Shown here one piece after another: positions 1 to 10,375 of a stretch of 59,519 bases of DNA. The position numbers were made by a program, and so were the translations under genes. Source of the stretch: Betaproteobacteria bacterium (lineage in GTDB: Bacteria; Pseudomonadota; Gammaproteobacteria; Burkholderiales; SG8-39). The notes under the pieces are model-generated. The model was given only the letters and a program-made list of their open reading frames with translations. It had not been told where the DNA came from and did no database searches. Location: positions 1-59,519 of the forward strand of contig SCUF01000369.1 in assembly GCA_004298325.1 (NCBI GenBank), read 5' to 3'. Numbering within the stretch: the stretch's first letter is position 1; each line of letters begins with the position of its first letter.

Positions 1-1
1 A

Positions 2-1099
2 TTGCTCGATGCTTGCATCAGGGGAAAGACCGTGTTGGTTACGGGCGGCGGCGGCTCGATCGGCTCCGAACTCTGTCGCCAGGCGCTCACGCTCGCGCCG
101 AAGAAGCTCGTTATCCTGGAGCACAGCGAATTCGCTCTCTATAGCATCGAGCAGGAACTTCTGGAGAGGACCGCCAAGGCCGGCAGTGATACTGAACTCG
201 ATTTCGTACTCGGGTCGATCACGGACCGGCAACAGGTCGAGGCGCTGTTTTCACGGGTCGCCATCGATACGGTGTATCACGCGGCCGCGTACAAGCATGT
301 TCCGATCGTAGAACGAAACCCGATCGAGGGGTTCCGCAACAACGTGTTCGGTACGTTGTATGTCGTGCGGGCCGCAGTGCAAGCAGGCGTCGGCCGTTTC
401 GTGTTCATTTCGTCAGACAAGGCCGTGCGGCCGACCAACGTCATGGGCGCGACCAAGCGCGTCGCCGAGCTTGTCGTCGAGTCATCGGCGCGCCAGCATG
501 CGAAAACCGTATTCTCGATGGTGCGTTTCGGCAACGTGCTGGCTTCGTCGGGCTCCGTGGTGCCGCTCTTCTCGCGGCAGATCGCCGCGGGCGGCCCGAT
601 CACGCTCACGCATTCGGACGTGACGCGCTACTTCATGACGATTCGCGAAGCCGTCGAGCTGGTAATCCAGGCCGGAGCGCTAGCCCGCGGCGGTGAACTG
701 TTCGTCCTCGACATGGGCACGCCGGTTCGGATTCGCGACTTGGCGGAGCGAATGATTCGCCTGAGCGGGCGCTCCATACGAGACGAGAACAACGTGAATG
801 GCGATGTCGCGATCGAAGTGACGGGATTACGGCCCGGTGAGAAACTGCACGAAGAGCTGCTGATCGACGGCGACGTGACGGGGACGGTGCACCCTAGGAT
901 CTGGGAGGTGCGCGAAAAATCCTTGGATCTGGGGTCGTTCGAGGCGGAACTGACACAGCTGGAGCATGGCGCACATGGTGGTGCCGCGCGGTCTGCTGTC
1001 CGCGCGATGCTTGCACGCTGGGTTGCGGGCTACCCGGATCCGGGAACGGGCGCTCAACGCAAGTCGCTGCGCGCCGTACCGCTGGCGGGACAGCATTAA
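2..1099 (+). CDS. CapD/WbpM/PglF-family NDP-sugar 4,6-dehydratase/epimerase, C-terminal catalytic domain; 5' end lies outside the window
   Basis: The ORF is open at the window start. It has the Rossmann motif VLVTGGGGSIGSEL and the SSDKAVRPTNVMGATKR core typical of the CapD/WbpM family. Confidence 0.85.
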   Translation: MLDACIRGKTVLVTGGGGSIGSELCRQALTLAPKKLVILEHSEFALYSIEQELLERTAKAGSDTELDFVLGSITDRQQVEALFSRVAIDTVYHAAAYKHVPIVERNPIEGFRNNVFGTLYVVRAAVQAGVGRFVFISSDKAVRPTNVMGATKRVAELVVESSARQHAKTVFSMVRFGNVLASSGSVVPLFSRQIAAGGPITLTHSDVTRYFMTIREAVELVIQAGALARGGELFVLDMGTPVRIRDLAERMIRLSGRSIRDENNVNGDVAIEVTGLRPGEKLHEELLIDGDVTGTVHPRIWEVREKSLDLGSFEAELTQLEHGAHGGAARSAVRAMLARWVAGYPDPGTGAQRKSLRAVPLAGQH

Positions 1100-1306
1100 A
1101 ATAATATCAACCGCTGCTTCAGCGTCATCCGCTTGAGAATGCACGCATAGCGCTGATGGCGGTATCATTCGCGCCTGGCATTTCCGGTGTACCCCATCCA
1201 TGGAACTCATCGAGTTCGAGGCGAAAGAGGCTGCCATGCTCGGCCTGTCTTTGCATCCCTAACAAACTCAGGAGCAGATCGTGGACGCCCCGAAACAGGC
1301 AGCAAC

Positions 1307-2638
1307 GTGATTGTCCAACAGGTAGCGGCATCCGCCCGCGACGCGCTGCTGCGTTCGATTCGCGAGAAGAGGGCTCGCATCGGGATCGTCGGTCTCGGGT
1401 ACGTTGGCCTGCCGCTCGCTTTGCGGTTCACCGAGGTCGGCTTTGAAGTGCTCGGGTTCGATGTGGATGCAAGCAAGGTCGAGGCGTTGAATTCAGGGCG
1501 AAGCTACATCGAGCACATCGCGTCGGCGGCCGTTGCGCAGGCCACGTCGAAGGGTTTCTCGGCGACGGTGGATTTCTCGCGCGTAACCTCGGCCGATGCG
1601 CTCATCATCTGCGTGCCGACGCCTCTCAATCGTTTCCGGGAGCCGGATCTCTCTTTCGTCATCGGCACAACGGACACGCTCGTGCCGTACCTGCGCACCG
1701 GCCAGCTGGTTTCACTTGAGAGCACGACGTACCCGGGAACGACCGACGAGGAACTCAAGCCGCGAATCGAATCGCGCGGCCTGAGGGTCGGGCAGGACGT
1801 CTTTCTCTGCTTTTCGCCCGAACGCGAAGACCCTGGCAATATTGATTTCACGACTCGCACGATTCCCAAAGTGTGTGGCGGCACCACTGCGGCCTGCCGG
1901 GAGGTGGGTGTTGCCTTGTATGGTCAGGTCATCGACAAAGTCGTGCCCGTCAGCTCGACACGAGCCGCGGAAATGACGAAGCTTCTCGAGAATATCCACC
2001 GCGCGGTGAACATCGGGCTGGTGAACGAGATGAAGATCATCTGCGATCGCATGGGCATCGATGTCCACGAGGTTATCCGTGCAGCCGCGACCAAGCCGTT
2101 CGGCTTCGTTCCCTATTGGCCCGGACCTGGGCTTGGGGGTCACTGCATCCCGATCGATCCGTTCTACCTCACGTGGAAGGCGCGGGAATTCGGCCTGCAC
2201 ACGCGGTTCATCGAGCTCGCCGGCGAAGTCAACCATGCGATGCCCGGGTGGGTCGTGAACAAGCTTGCGGCAGCACTCAACGAGCGCGGACGGGCTGTGA
2301 AGGGAAGTCGGATTCTGGTGCTGGGGATCGCCTACAAGAGGGACGTGGACGACATGCGCGAGTCGCCATCGGTCGAATTGATGGAGCTGCTCATCGAACG
2401 CGGCGCGCAGATCGCGTATTCGGACCCCCATGTGCCGGTATTTCCGCGCATGCGCGAACACTTTTTCGAGCTCAGCAGCGTGCCCCTCACGCCACAGGCT
2501 GTTGCCTCGTATGACGTGGTGCTTCTTGCCACGAACCATAGCGCTTTCGATTACGCAATGATTGCCAAACACGCACAGCTCATCGTCGACACGAGAGGCG
2601 TTTACCTCGAGCCGGCGAGTCACGTGGTGAAAGCCTGA
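1307..2638 (+). CDS. wbpA: UDP-N-acetyl-hexosamine 6-dehydrogenase (nucleotide-sugar dehydrogenase, WbpA-like)
   Basis: N-terminal [15 protein letters not shown] fold, and GGHCIPIDP with the catalytic Cys. It sits immediately upstream of wbpB/D/E-like genes. The start is set at the in-frame GTG at 1307; the track start at 1187 would add about 40 non-homologous residues, so the start is uncertain. Confidence 0.85.
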   Translation: MIVQQVAASARDALLRSIREKRARIGIVGLGYVGLPLALRFTEVGFEVLGFDVDASKVEALNSGRSYIEHIASAAVAQATSKGFSATVDFSRVTSADALIICVPTPLNRFREPDLSFVIGTTDTLVPYLRTGQLVSLESTTYPGTTDEELKPRIESRGLRVGQDVFLCFSPEREDPGNIDFTTRTIPKVCGGTTAACREVGVALYGQVIDKVVPVSSTRAAEMTKLLENIHRAVNIGLVNEMKIICDRMGIDVHEVIRAAATKPFGFVPYWPGPGLGGHCIPIDPFYLTWKAREFGLHTRFIELAGEVNHAMPGWVVNKLAAALNERGRAVKGSRILVLGIAYKRDVDDMRESPSVELMELLIERGAQIAYSDPHVPVFPRMREHFFELSSVPLTPQAVASYDVVLLATNHSAFDYAMIAKHAQLIVDTRGVYLEPASHVVKA

Positions 2639-2639
2639 C

Positions 2640-3701
2640 GTGCGGCAGTATCCTGCGCCGGTCAGGGATCGCAAGATCAGTTTTGCGATCGTCGGTTGCG
2701 GCCGCATCGCCGCCAATCACATGGGTGCCATCGAGGAGCACGCGGAGCGCGCGAAGCTCGTGGGCGTCTGCGACATCGACTCCACGGCATTGGGCAAGGC
2801 GGTGGCGAGGACGGGTGCGCCGGGATTCACCGGCCTCGAGCAACTGCTGGCTGGCAGTCAACCGGATTGCGTGGTCCTTTCGACGCCCAGCGGCCTGCAC
2901 GCCGAGCAGGCGATTCTGTGCGCCGAGGCGAAGCGCAACGTGATGACCGAGAAACCGATGGCGACGCGCTGGCACGATGGCAAGCAAATGGTCGCGGCCT
3001 GCGACGCCGCGGGCGTGAGGCTCTTCGTGGTGAAGCAGAACCGGCGCAATTCGACATTGCAGCTCGTCAAGAGAGCGCTCGATGCCGGTCGGTTCGGACG
3101 GATCTTTCTTGTCAGTGTCAACGTCTTCTGGACACGGCCGCAGGAGTACTACGACTCTGCGGCATGGAGAGGAACCTGGGAATTCGACGGCGGCGCGTTC
3201 ATGAACCAGGCCAGCCACTACGTGGACCTGCTCGATTGGCTCATCGGGCCGGTCGAGAGCGTGCAGGCCTACACGGCGACGCTCGCGAGGCGCATCGAAG
3301 TGGAGGACACGGGCGTGCTCTCGCTGCGATGGCGCTCCGGTGCGCTGGGTTCGATGTGCGTCACCATGCTCACGTATCCGAAGAACTTGGAGGGCTCAAT
3401 CACCATCATGGGGGAGCGGGGCACGGTGCGCGTCGGCGGCTTGGCCGTCAACCGGATTCAGCACTGGGAATTCGCCGAGGCGGATGCCGACGATGCGCTG
3501 GTGGAGAAGGCGAGTTATGAGACGACCTCCGTATACGGCTTGGGCCATCCGCTCTACTACGACAACGTCATCCAGGTGCTGCGCGGAGAAGCGCAACCGG
3601 AAACCGATGGTCGCGAGGGATTAAAGTCCCTCGAGCTCCTGATCGCGACGTACCTTGCCGCGCGCGACGGACGCCGCGTGCCGCTTCCCCTGGAGTATTG
3701 A
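2640..3701 (+). CDS. wbpB: Gfo/Idh/MocA oxidoreductase, WbpB-like (UDP-GlcNAcA 3-oxidase type)
   Basis: Has FAIVGCGRIAANH and the VMTEKPMA (EKP) motif. A GTG start lies 2 nt after the wbpA stop, in the gene order wbpA-B-D. Confidence 0.8.
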   Translation: MRQYPAPVRDRKISFAIVGCGRIAANHMGAIEEHAERAKLVGVCDIDSTALGKAVARTGAPGFTGLEQLLAGSQPDCVVLSTPSGLHAEQAILCAEAKRNVMTEKPMATRWHDGKQMVAACDAAGVRLFVVKQNRRNSTLQLVKRALDAGRFGRIFLVSVNVFWTRPQEYYDSAAWRGTWEFDGGAFMNQASHYVDLLDWLIGPVESVQAYTATLARRIEVEDTGVLSLRWRSGALGSMCVTMLTYPKNLEGSITIMGERGTVRVGGLAVNRIQHWEFAEADADDALVEKASYETTSVYGLGHPLYYDNVIQVLRGEAQPETDGREGLKSLELLIATYLAARDGRRVPLPLEY

Positions 3702-3704
3702 GGC

Positions 3705-4289
3705 ATGGCTGCCGTGATTCATCCTAGTGCGATCGTCGATGCTGGCGCGCAGATTGGCGAAGGGACGCGGATCTGGCACTGGGTTCACGTATGCGCCGGA
3801 GCGCGAATCGGCAGCAATTGCTCGCTTGGCCAGAACGTGTACGTCGGCAACCAGGTGGCCATCGGGAACAACGTGAAGATCCAGAACAACGTGTCGGTGT
3901 ACGATGCGGTGACACTGGAAGACGATGTGTTTTGCGGTCCCAGCATGGTATTCACGAACGTTTACAATCCACGATCGGCGGTCTCCCGCAAGGACGAGTA
4001 CCGGCCGACGATCGTACGTCGCGGCGCGACGCTCGGCGCAAATTGCACGATCGTCTGCGGGGCGACCATTGGCGAGTATGCGTTTGTCGGTGCCGGCGCA
4101 GTAGTGAATCGCGACGTGCCGCCGCACGCGCTGGTGATCGGGGTACCGGCGCGCGTTGCGGGGTGGATGAGCCGGGCGGGCGAGAGATTGGCGCTGCCCG
4201 CGACGGGAAGCGGCGAAGCCCGCTGCCCGCGGACGGGCGAGTTCTATGTATTGCGGGACAGCGTGTGCGCGCTTCGGCCGGCGACCTGA
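3705..4289 (+). CDS. wbpD: Left-handed beta-helix N-acetyltransferase, WbpD/WlbB-like
   Basis: Hexapeptide repeats run throughout ([13 protein letters not shown].. [13 protein letters not shown].. [13 protein letters not shown]). Size and genomic context fit the WbpD/WlbB family. Confidence 0.8.
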   Translation: MAAVIHPSAIVDAGAQIGEGTRIWHWVHVCAGARIGSNCSLGQNVYVGNQVAIGNNVKIQNNVSVYDAVTLEDDVFCGPSMVFTNVYNPRSAVSRKDEYRPTIVRRGATLGANCTIVCGATIGEYAFVGAGAVVNRDVPPHALVIGVPARVAGWMSRAGERLALPATGSGEARCPRTGEFYVLRDSVCALRPAT

Positions 4290-4396
4290 GTGCGCTTCGC
4301 CGCGGCCTGCGTGTGTCGGGGTAACCGGCAGGTGATCGCTGGACGAGCCTGCACTGGCGAGAGTGCAATCGAATTTGCTGCCGGGACACGAAGCGA

Positions 4397-5455
4397 ATGA
4401 CGATCAACGTTGGATTGGTGGGGTGCGGCCGGATTGCCGTCAGGCACGCCGATCTCGTAGGCGGAGGGCAGATCCCCGGGATGCGGCTGCAGGCCGTGTG
4501 CGATGTCCAGGCCGACCGGGCGGAGAAATTCGGACGGAAATACGGCGTCCCGACGTACTCGAGCATGACGCAGATGATGGAAGCCGAGCCCGTCAACCTC
4601 GCCGTCGTGCTCACGCCGAGCGGCATGCACGCCGACCACGTGGTTGCGCTCGCCCGGTTCGGCAAGGACGTCATGACGGAGAAGCCGATGGCGCTGCGGC
4701 TCGACGACGCGTCGCGGATGATCCGCGCGTGCGAGGAAGCGCGGGTCCGCCTCTTCGTCGTCAAGCAGAATCGCTTCAATGTGCCGGTGCTCAAGCTGCG
4801 TGAAGCCCTGGAGCAGGGGCGCTTCGGCAAGCTCTTCCTCGGGACGGTCCGCGTTCGCTGGAGCCGCACGCAGGCCTACTACGACCAGGACGCCTGGCGC
4901 GGCACTTGGCGCTATGACGGAGGCGTACTCGCGAATCAGGCAAGCCACCACATCGATCTCCTTGAATGGATGATGGGCGACATCACGAGCCTCTACGCCA
5001 AGAGCATCAATGCCTTTGCCCAGACGGAAACTGAGGACACCGCGGTCGCGGTGGTGAAATTCAGCAACGGAGCATTGGGAACGATCGAGGCAACCACCGC
5101 GGTCCGGCCGAAGGATCTGGAGGGGTCCATTTCGATCCTGGGTTCGGGCGGCTCAGTGGAGATTGGTGGGTTCGCGGTGAACCGGCTGCGCGTGTGGCAG
5201 TTTTCGGACGCGCGGGAGGGCGACGAAGACACGTTGGCGAAATTCTCGGTTAATCCGCCGGATGTATACGGATTCGGTCACCGGGCCTATTACCACCATG
5301 TCGCTGACTGCATCGAGAACGGTGCGGCCCAGTTGGTCGACGGCAGGGAAGGGATGAAGAGCCTGCGCGTGCTGACGGCGATGTACGAGTCGATCGAGAC
5401 TGGGCGCGAGATCACCCTGCATTTCCAGCCCGAAAAGTGCCGCCTCGGGACCTGA
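4397..5455 (+). CDS. Second Gfo/Idh/MocA oxidoreductase, paralogue of the WbpB-like gene
   Basis: Has VGLVGCGRIAVRH and VMTEKPMA. It aligns end to end by eye with the 2640..3701 product (shared VRLFVVKQNR, AWRGTW, GG..NQASH, LEGSI). Confidence 0.8.
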   Translation: MTINVGLVGCGRIAVRHADLVGGGQIPGMRLQAVCDVQADRAEKFGRKYGVPTYSSMTQMMEAEPVNLAVVLTPSGMHADHVVALARFGKDVMTEKPMALRLDDASRMIRACEEARVRLFVVKQNRFNVPVLKLREALEQGRFGKLFLGTVRVRWSRTQAYYDQDAWRGTWRYDGGVLANQASHHIDLLEWMMGDITSLYAKSINAFAQTETEDTAVAVVKFSNGALGTIEATTAVRPKDLEGSISILGSGGSVEIGGFAVNRLRVWQFSDAREGDEDTLAKFSVNPPDVYGFGHRAYYHHVADCIENGAAQLVDGREGMKSLRVLTAMYESIETGREITLHFQPEKCRLGT

Positions 5456-5457
5456 GC

Positions 5458-5934
5458 ATGGCCGAGCCGTCGCGCAGGGCCGTTGGAATCCGCGATGTCC
5501 GCTTCGGCTCGGGCGTGGTGGTGGTCGAGCCGGTAAATCTCTACGAATGCGAGATCGGCGACGATTGCTTCATCGGACCGTTTGTCGAGATTCAGTGCGG
5601 CGTCGTCGTCGGGCGCGGAACCCGAATCCAGTCGCATGGCTTCGTCTGCGAGCTGGTGACCATCGGCCAGGACTGTTTCATTTCGCACGGCGTGATGTTC
5701 ATCAACGACCTGTTCCGATCCGGCGGGCCGAGCGGCCGCGACCGCGCCAAGTGGAAGGCGACGCGGATCGGCGACCGAGTGTCGATCGGATCGAATGCGA
5801 CGATCCTGCCCGTGAACATCTGCAGCGGCACCGTGATCGGAGCCGGCGCCGTGGTGACCCGCGATATCACTTCGCCCGGCGTCTATGTCGGAAACCCGGC
5901 GAGGCCGCTGGCCGGATCCGCGAAAGCGGTTTGA
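5458..5934 (+). CDS. Second hexapeptide-repeat (LbH) acyl/acetyltransferase
   Basis: Hexapeptide repeats are present (IGDDCFIGPFVEI, VGRGTRIQSHGFV, IGQDCFISHGVMF, IGSNATILPVNI, IGAGAVV). The ATG at 5458 lies just after the upstream stop at 5455. Confidence 0.75.
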   Translation: MAEPSRRAVGIRDVRFGSGVVVVEPVNLYECEIGDDCFIGPFVEIQCGVVVGRGTRIQSHGFVCELVTIGQDCFISHGVMFINDLFRSGGPSGRDRAKWKATRIGDRVSIGSNATILPVNICSGTVIGAGAVVTRDITSPGVYVGNPARPLAGSAKAV

Positions 5935-5946
5935 GGGGATCATGCC

Positions 5947-7059
5947 ATGAGAGTCCCATTCGTCGACCTCGCCCAGCAGTACCGGAACCTGCGCACCGAG
6001 ATCGATGCCGCGATCGCTGCGGTCATCGCCGACACCGCGTTCATCGGCGGCCGCGAAAACAGGCACGTGCGACGGTTCGAGGAGGCATTTGCCGAATTCG
6101 TCGGTGCGCGGCACTGCGTGGGGTGCGCGAACGGGACCGATGCCATCGAGATGCTGCTGCAAGCCAGCGGGGTCGGCGACGGCGACGAGGTAATCGTTCC
6201 CGCACACTCCTGGATCTCGACGTCGGAGGCGGTCAGCACGCTCGGCGCGAAGCCCGTATTCGTGGACAGCACGCCGGGCCGGTTTCTCATGAACCCCGAC
6301 CTGATCGAGGCGCGCATCACGCCGCGCACCAAGGCGATCATTCCCGTGCACCTCTACGGCCAGCCGGCGGACATGGACCCGATCCGTGCGATCGCCGACC
6401 GGCACCGGCTTGCCGTGATCGAAGACTGTGCCCAGGCGCACGGCGCGAAATACAAGGGAAGATACGTCGGTACGCTCGGCAATGCGGCGGCGTTCAGTTT
6501 CTACCCGGGCAAGAATCTCGGCGCCTACGGTGACGCGGGCGCCATGGTCACCAATGACGACGCGCTTGCCGAAGCCGTGCGCCGCATCGCGAACCACGGA
6601 CAGTTGCAGAAGCACGATCACCGGATTGAAGGGCGAAATAGCCGCTTGGATGGTGTTCAGGCGGCCGTGCTGTCCGTGAAACTGCGCTACCTCGCACACG
6701 GAAATGCTCTGCGGGCCGAGCACGCCGCGGCTTACGCGACCGCATTGGCGGCTTGCAACGTCGTGACGCCGAACGCGTACCCGGACGCCGCACACGTTTA
6801 CCATCTGTACGTTATCAAGACGCGGCGCCGAGATGAATTGCAGCCTGCGCTAAACCAGTCCGGTGTCGCCACGGGTATCCACTACCCGCAACTTCTGCCG
6901 TTGCTGTCCTGCTACAGCAGATACGGCTATACGCCCGACCAGTTCCCCGTTGCAGCGCGGGACGTTGCGCAGATCCTCTCGCTGCCAATGTTTCCGGAGC
7001 TCACGGCGCAGCAGATATCGTACGTCGCCCAGCAGACCGCCATCTCGCTAGGTGGCTAG
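5947..7059 (+). CDS. wbpE: DegT/DnrJ/EryC1/StrS-family PLP aminotransferase, WbpE-like
   Basis: Begins with VPFVDL, has CANGTDAIE, and has the [24 protein letters not shown]-lysine region. Confidence 0.85.
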   Translation: MRVPFVDLAQQYRNLRTEIDAAIAAVIADTAFIGGRENRHVRRFEEAFAEFVGARHCVGCANGTDAIEMLLQASGVGDGDEVIVPAHSWISTSEAVSTLGAKPVFVDSTPGRFLMNPDLIEARITPRTKAIIPVHLYGQPADMDPIRAIADRHRLAVIEDCAQAHGAKYKGRYVGTLGNAAAFSFYPGKNLGAYGDAGAMVTNDDALAEAVRRIANHGQLQKHDHRIEGRNSRLDGVQAAVLSVKLRYLAHGNALRAEHAAAYATALAACNVVTPNAYPDAAHVYHLYVIKTRRRDELQPALNQSGVATGIHYPQLLPLLSCYSRYGYTPDQFPVAARDVAQILSLPMFPELTAQQISYVAQQTAISLGG

Positions 7060-7076
7060 CGATTGGCCGGGCGGGA

Positions 7077-8369
7077 TCAACGGCCGAGGCGACGGCCTTG
7101 CTCGCGGACGAGGTCCTCGATCAGCCGGATTTCCATCGCCGTTCGCTCCGGCCATGTCTGCAAGTGCTCCACGGCGTAGCGTCGCGCCGCTGCCGCGAGC
7201 CTGCGCCGCTTCTCGCCGTCGCGCAGGACGTCGATGAGGGCACGCGGCAGTTCGTCAAGTCGCCCTTCATCCACCAGGATGCCGGTCACGCCATGCTCGA
7301 TCAGCTTGGGCGTCGCGCCGTTGCTCAGCGTGACTATGCACCTTCCGCAGCAGAGCGCTTCGAGGAGGGGGTTGCCGACGTTGGAAACTCGGTAAAGGGA
7401 TACGAAAACATCCGCGGCATTCATGTACTCCGGGGTCTGCGAGTGGGGTATGGCACCCACGAAGCGCACCTTGCTCGCAACGCCCAGATCCCTTGCCATC
7501 GACTCCAGTCGGCGGCGCTCGTCTCCGTCGCCGACGATGATTGCCGTAACGCCCGGGAACTGATCGAGGACCGCCGGCAGCGCGGCAATCAGGCGGTGGA
7601 CACCCTTCCATTCGACGAGGCGCGTAATGCTCATGACAATCCGGTCCGTGGCCGGAATTTCAAGTGCGCGCTTGAAGGCGTCGACGTCCACGTCCGGCTG
7701 GTAGACCGACTTGTCGATGCCGTTGCGCCAGAACTTGAAACGGTGCGCCGGCGTACCAAGAGCATGCGCGCAGTCGTCGCCGCGCGTTCCATCATTGGTC
7801 ATGATCAGGTAGGCACAGGGGATCCGGAACGCGAGGGCTTCCTCGAATTTGAGGATCCGCTTCCACCACGGCGAAAGCCACGCATGAAGGAACGTTCCAT
7901 ACATTCGGGTGACGTTCGGCATGCGCAGCAGCCGAGCAAGGAGCCAGGCAACAGGGGCGGCCGGGTAGAAGTGCCCGTAGATCACGTCAGGCCGCATGTC
8001 CCGCGCCGACCGGTATGCCGCGGTAAAGGCGGCGGGCAGGAATGCCCACGTGTAAATCTTGGCTGTAATTCGGTGCAACCATCGATGCCGCGGCGAGGCA
8101 ACCGGCCAGCGAAAGCGAAACTGGTGCAGTTCGACGCCTTGGTACTCGTATTTCCGGTTGTCCCTGCCGGGATACAGGAACCGCACACGATGCCCGGCAT
8201 CGACGAAGGCGTGCTGCCCCAGGAAGATTGACGGCATGCCGACGCCCACCGCATCGTCCCACATGGGATGAAATGAGATGCTCAGGACCCGCATTGACGA
8301 TCGGACACGCGCTCGCGTATCTGCAACATCGCCGATCGGTGCGGTCGGCGCTGGTACGCTTTCCGTCAC
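7077..8369 (-). CDS. Glycosyltransferase family 4 (GT-B fold)
   Basis: The C-terminal half shows the GT4 pattern (FVGAIPH.., NPLLEALCCGRCIVT). The GTG start overlaps the upstream stop as GTGA. An alternative ATG at 8294 (MRVLSISF) is equally plausible. Confidence 0.8.
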   Translation of the reverse strand: MTESVPAPTAPIGDVADTRARVRSSMRVLSISFHPMWDDAVGVGMPSIFLGQHAFVDAGHRVRFLYPGRDNRKYEYQGVELHQFRFRWPVASPRHRWLHRITAKIYTWAFLPAAFTAAYRSARDMRPDVIYGHFYPAAPVAWLLARLLRMPNVTRMYGTFLHAWLSPWWKRILKFEEALAFRIPCAYLIMTNDGTRGDDCAHALGTPAHRFKFWRNGIDKSVYQPDVDVDAFKRALEIPATDRIVMSITRLVEWKGVHRLIAALPAVLDQFPGVTAIIVGDGDERRRLESMARDLGVASKVRFVGAIPHSQTPEYMNAADVFVSLYRVSNVGNPLLEALCCGRCIVTLSNGATPKLIEHGVTGILVDEGRLDELPRALIDVLRDGEKRRRLAAAARRYAVEHLQTWPERTAMEIRLIEDLVREQGRRLGR

Positions 8370-9484
8370 GCGATCGTCGCCGCGTAGAGCGACTCGACTT
8401 TCGCCATTTCGCGATGGTAGTTGTTGCGTGTTTCGATGAGTTCGCGCCCTTTAGCCCCCAATTGCCGGGCGCTATCGGGGTGGCGGAGAAGCCAGATGAT
8501 TTTCTCCGCAAGCGCGGCGGGCTGCGTTACGGGAACGAGGAAGCCTTCCTCGCCATCATGCACCCAGGATCGGTTCTGGCCAGAATCGGTGACGACCACC
8601 GGCAATCCACACGCCATGGCCTCCGCCGTGCTCGCCGCGAGCCCGGCATCGGAAAGCGACGTCGAGACATAGACATCCGCCGTGGAAAGAATGCTGGGCA
8701 ATTCGGTGTTCGCGATCGGTCCGCAGAAATTGACAAGATGACCTACTTGCAGTTCGCCAGCGAGCGCGACGAGCATTTCACGCTCCGTGCCGCCGCCCGC
8801 GATGATCACCTGAATGGCGGGGACCGCACGCGCAACGAGCGGTATCGCGCGGAGCAGCGTCGGAAGATCATAGACTGGGTAAAGGGAGCGCAGACTTATA
8901 ATTACTTGCTGACCGCTGTTGCTCCAGCGCGACAGCACATCGGGGTTTTTTCCCAGCGGGCGAAAGCGGTCGGTATCGGTGCCGAAAAGGATGAGGTGCA
9001 GCTTCCTATGCTCGACACCCAGTTCGACCATAGCCTCGACCATGTGCTCCGCATCGCAGGTGATCTCGGTTGCGCGGCGCAGGATGTATTTGAGGATCGG
9101 GCGCTTGATTGGAGATTTCCGGGCAAAGAGTACGTCAGAGCCCCAAGCGGTCAGGATGAACGGTCCCGTGGCCGCCAGCGCGGCGATCAAGCCGTAGGTG
9201 CCGGCATAGTGCGCGTGCACGAGATCGAAAGTTTCGCGGGCAATGAGCCGACGAACGTGCCGCAGGGCGGAAAGCACGGTGCCGGCCTTCGTCACGCCTT
9301 GGCTGATCCTGTGAAACGTTACGCTTGGTAGCGGCTCGCCGACAGTTTGGGGGGACAGTGAAACCCAGTGGACGTGATGGCCGCGATCGGCAAAATACTT
9401 GATCCACCGATAGCTGTGAATGGAATCTGCTGCGGCGAGAAACAGCAAGCGCATTCGATTGGACGCAATCTGGCTCTTGGACAT
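8366..9484 (-). CDS. Glycosyltransferase family 4
   Basis: Has MRLLFLAAADSIHSYRWIKYF at the N-terminus and STSLSDAGLAASTAEAMACGLPVVVTD. The start is set at the ATG at 9484 (alternative 9454). The 150-codon upstream extension in the track has no GT homology. Confidence 0.8.
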   Translation of the reverse strand: MSKSQIASNRMRLLFLAAADSIHSYRWIKYFADRGHHVHWVSLSPQTVGEPLPSVTFHRISQGVTKAGTVLSALRHVRRLIARETFDLVHAHYAGTYGLIAALAATGPFILTAWGSDVLFARKSPIKRPILKYILRRATEITCDAEHMVEAMVELGVEHRKLHLILFGTDTDRFRPLGKNPDVLSRWSNSGQQVIISLRSLYPVYDLPTLLRAIPLVARAVPAIQVIIAGGGTEREMLVALAGELQVGHLVNFCGPIANTELPSILSTADVYVSTSLSDAGLAASTAEAMACGLPVVVTDSGQNRSWVHDGEEGFLVPVTQPAALAEKIIWLLRHPDSARQLGAKGRELIETRNNYHREMAKVESLYAATIA

Positions 9485-9589
9485 GAGAATGATGTTAGCA
9501 GTTAAACTCACGTATGCTACCAGTCGGAGCGCATTCCTCGGCGCTGCGCGCTGGTCGCTTTGGTGAATGCAGACGACTCGCGCGACGAT

Positions 9590-10351
9590 ATGCTGAATCG
9601 CATAAAGGACAGCTTGCGCGGCTTTCCCATCTTTTATCGCGCGGCGCAGCGAACGTACTATTTCGGGCTGTTCGCTATCGAGCGACTGGGTTTTGGTGGT
9701 GCACTGCATGCCTGGATCTGGCGAACGCGCGCCAAGGAGAGTTTCGAATCGCTGCGCCAGAGCGCCATGCATCCGCACCGCGAACTCGTCATTGAGGCAG
9801 TGCGCCGGATTGCACCGTTCGGGTCTCTTCTGGAGGTCGGGTGCCATTCGGGACCGAACCTCGTTCGCCTCGCGCGCGCATTTCCGTCGGCCCGCTTTTC
9901 GGGGCTGGACCTCAATGCTGGGTTCATCGCCCAAGGTCGCGCGTGGATGCGGGAAGAGGGATTAGGCAACGTTGAGCTTGAAGTGGCCACGGCCGAAGCG
10001 CTGGCAGAGCGCGCATCCGGCAGCGTGGATATCGTCCTGGTGGACGCCGTGCTCATGTATATTGGACCGGAGCGCATCGGCGATACCCTGCGGCACATGC
10101 GTCGGATTGCGCGTCGTGGAGTGGTCATCGTCGATTGGATGCTCGGCGCCGATGATTCGCGGCTGCATCATTGGTACGATCTACACTGGGTGCACAATTA
10201 CCCAGCGTTGCTTGGCAAGATCGCGCCCGAGTGCGGTGTGCATGCGACGAGGATTCCGCCCGAGGTCTGGAGCGGCGGCGGGTGGGGCGAGTACGGCACG
10301 CTGTTGTGCATCGAGATTCCGCGGGCGGACGCACCGCCCCGCACAGGATAG
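9590..10351 (+). CDS. Class I SAM-dependent methyltransferase
   Basis: Motif I-like LLEVGCHSGPN is followed by GLDLN and VLVDAVLMY. The ATG at 9590 is preferred over the TTG at 9560. Confidence 0.7.
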   Translation: MLNRIKDSLRGFPIFYRAAQRTYYFGLFAIERLGFGGALHAWIWRTRAKESFESLRQSAMHPHRELVIEAVRRIAPFGSLLEVGCHSGPNLVRLARAFPSARFSGLDLNAGFIAQGRAWMREEGLGNVELEVATAEALAERASGSVDIVLVDAVLMYIGPERIGDTLRHMRRIARRGVVIVDWMLGADDSRLHHWYDLHWVHNYPALLGKIAPECGVHATRIPPEVWSGGGWGEYGTLLCIEIPRADAPPRTG

Positions 10352-10375
10352 ACACGCAAACGTGCGCTCGCTGAA

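Noticed and set aside
1158-1165. ops/JUMPStart-like GGCGGTAT upstream of wbpA
   Set aside because: It has one mismatch to the GGCGGTAG core at a conserved position and no surrounding JUMPStart context that I can verify. An exact GGCGGTAG also occurs by chance inside the mutase gene (56060..56067).
1176-1192. Sigma54-like TGGCAT-N5-GTGTA
   Set aside because: The -12 element does not match TTGC, so it is likely a chance GG-containing string.
5290-6804. 504-aa minus-strand ORF across the acetyltransferase and wbpE genes
   Set aside because: It is antisense to two genes with clear hexapeptide and DegT motifs, and it has no recognisable domain.
9485-9934. 150-codon N-terminal extension of the second GT4 gene
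   Set aside because: It has no GT homology and would run across the divergent promoter region and the methyltransferase start. The ATG at 9484 gives a normal GT4 N-terminus.
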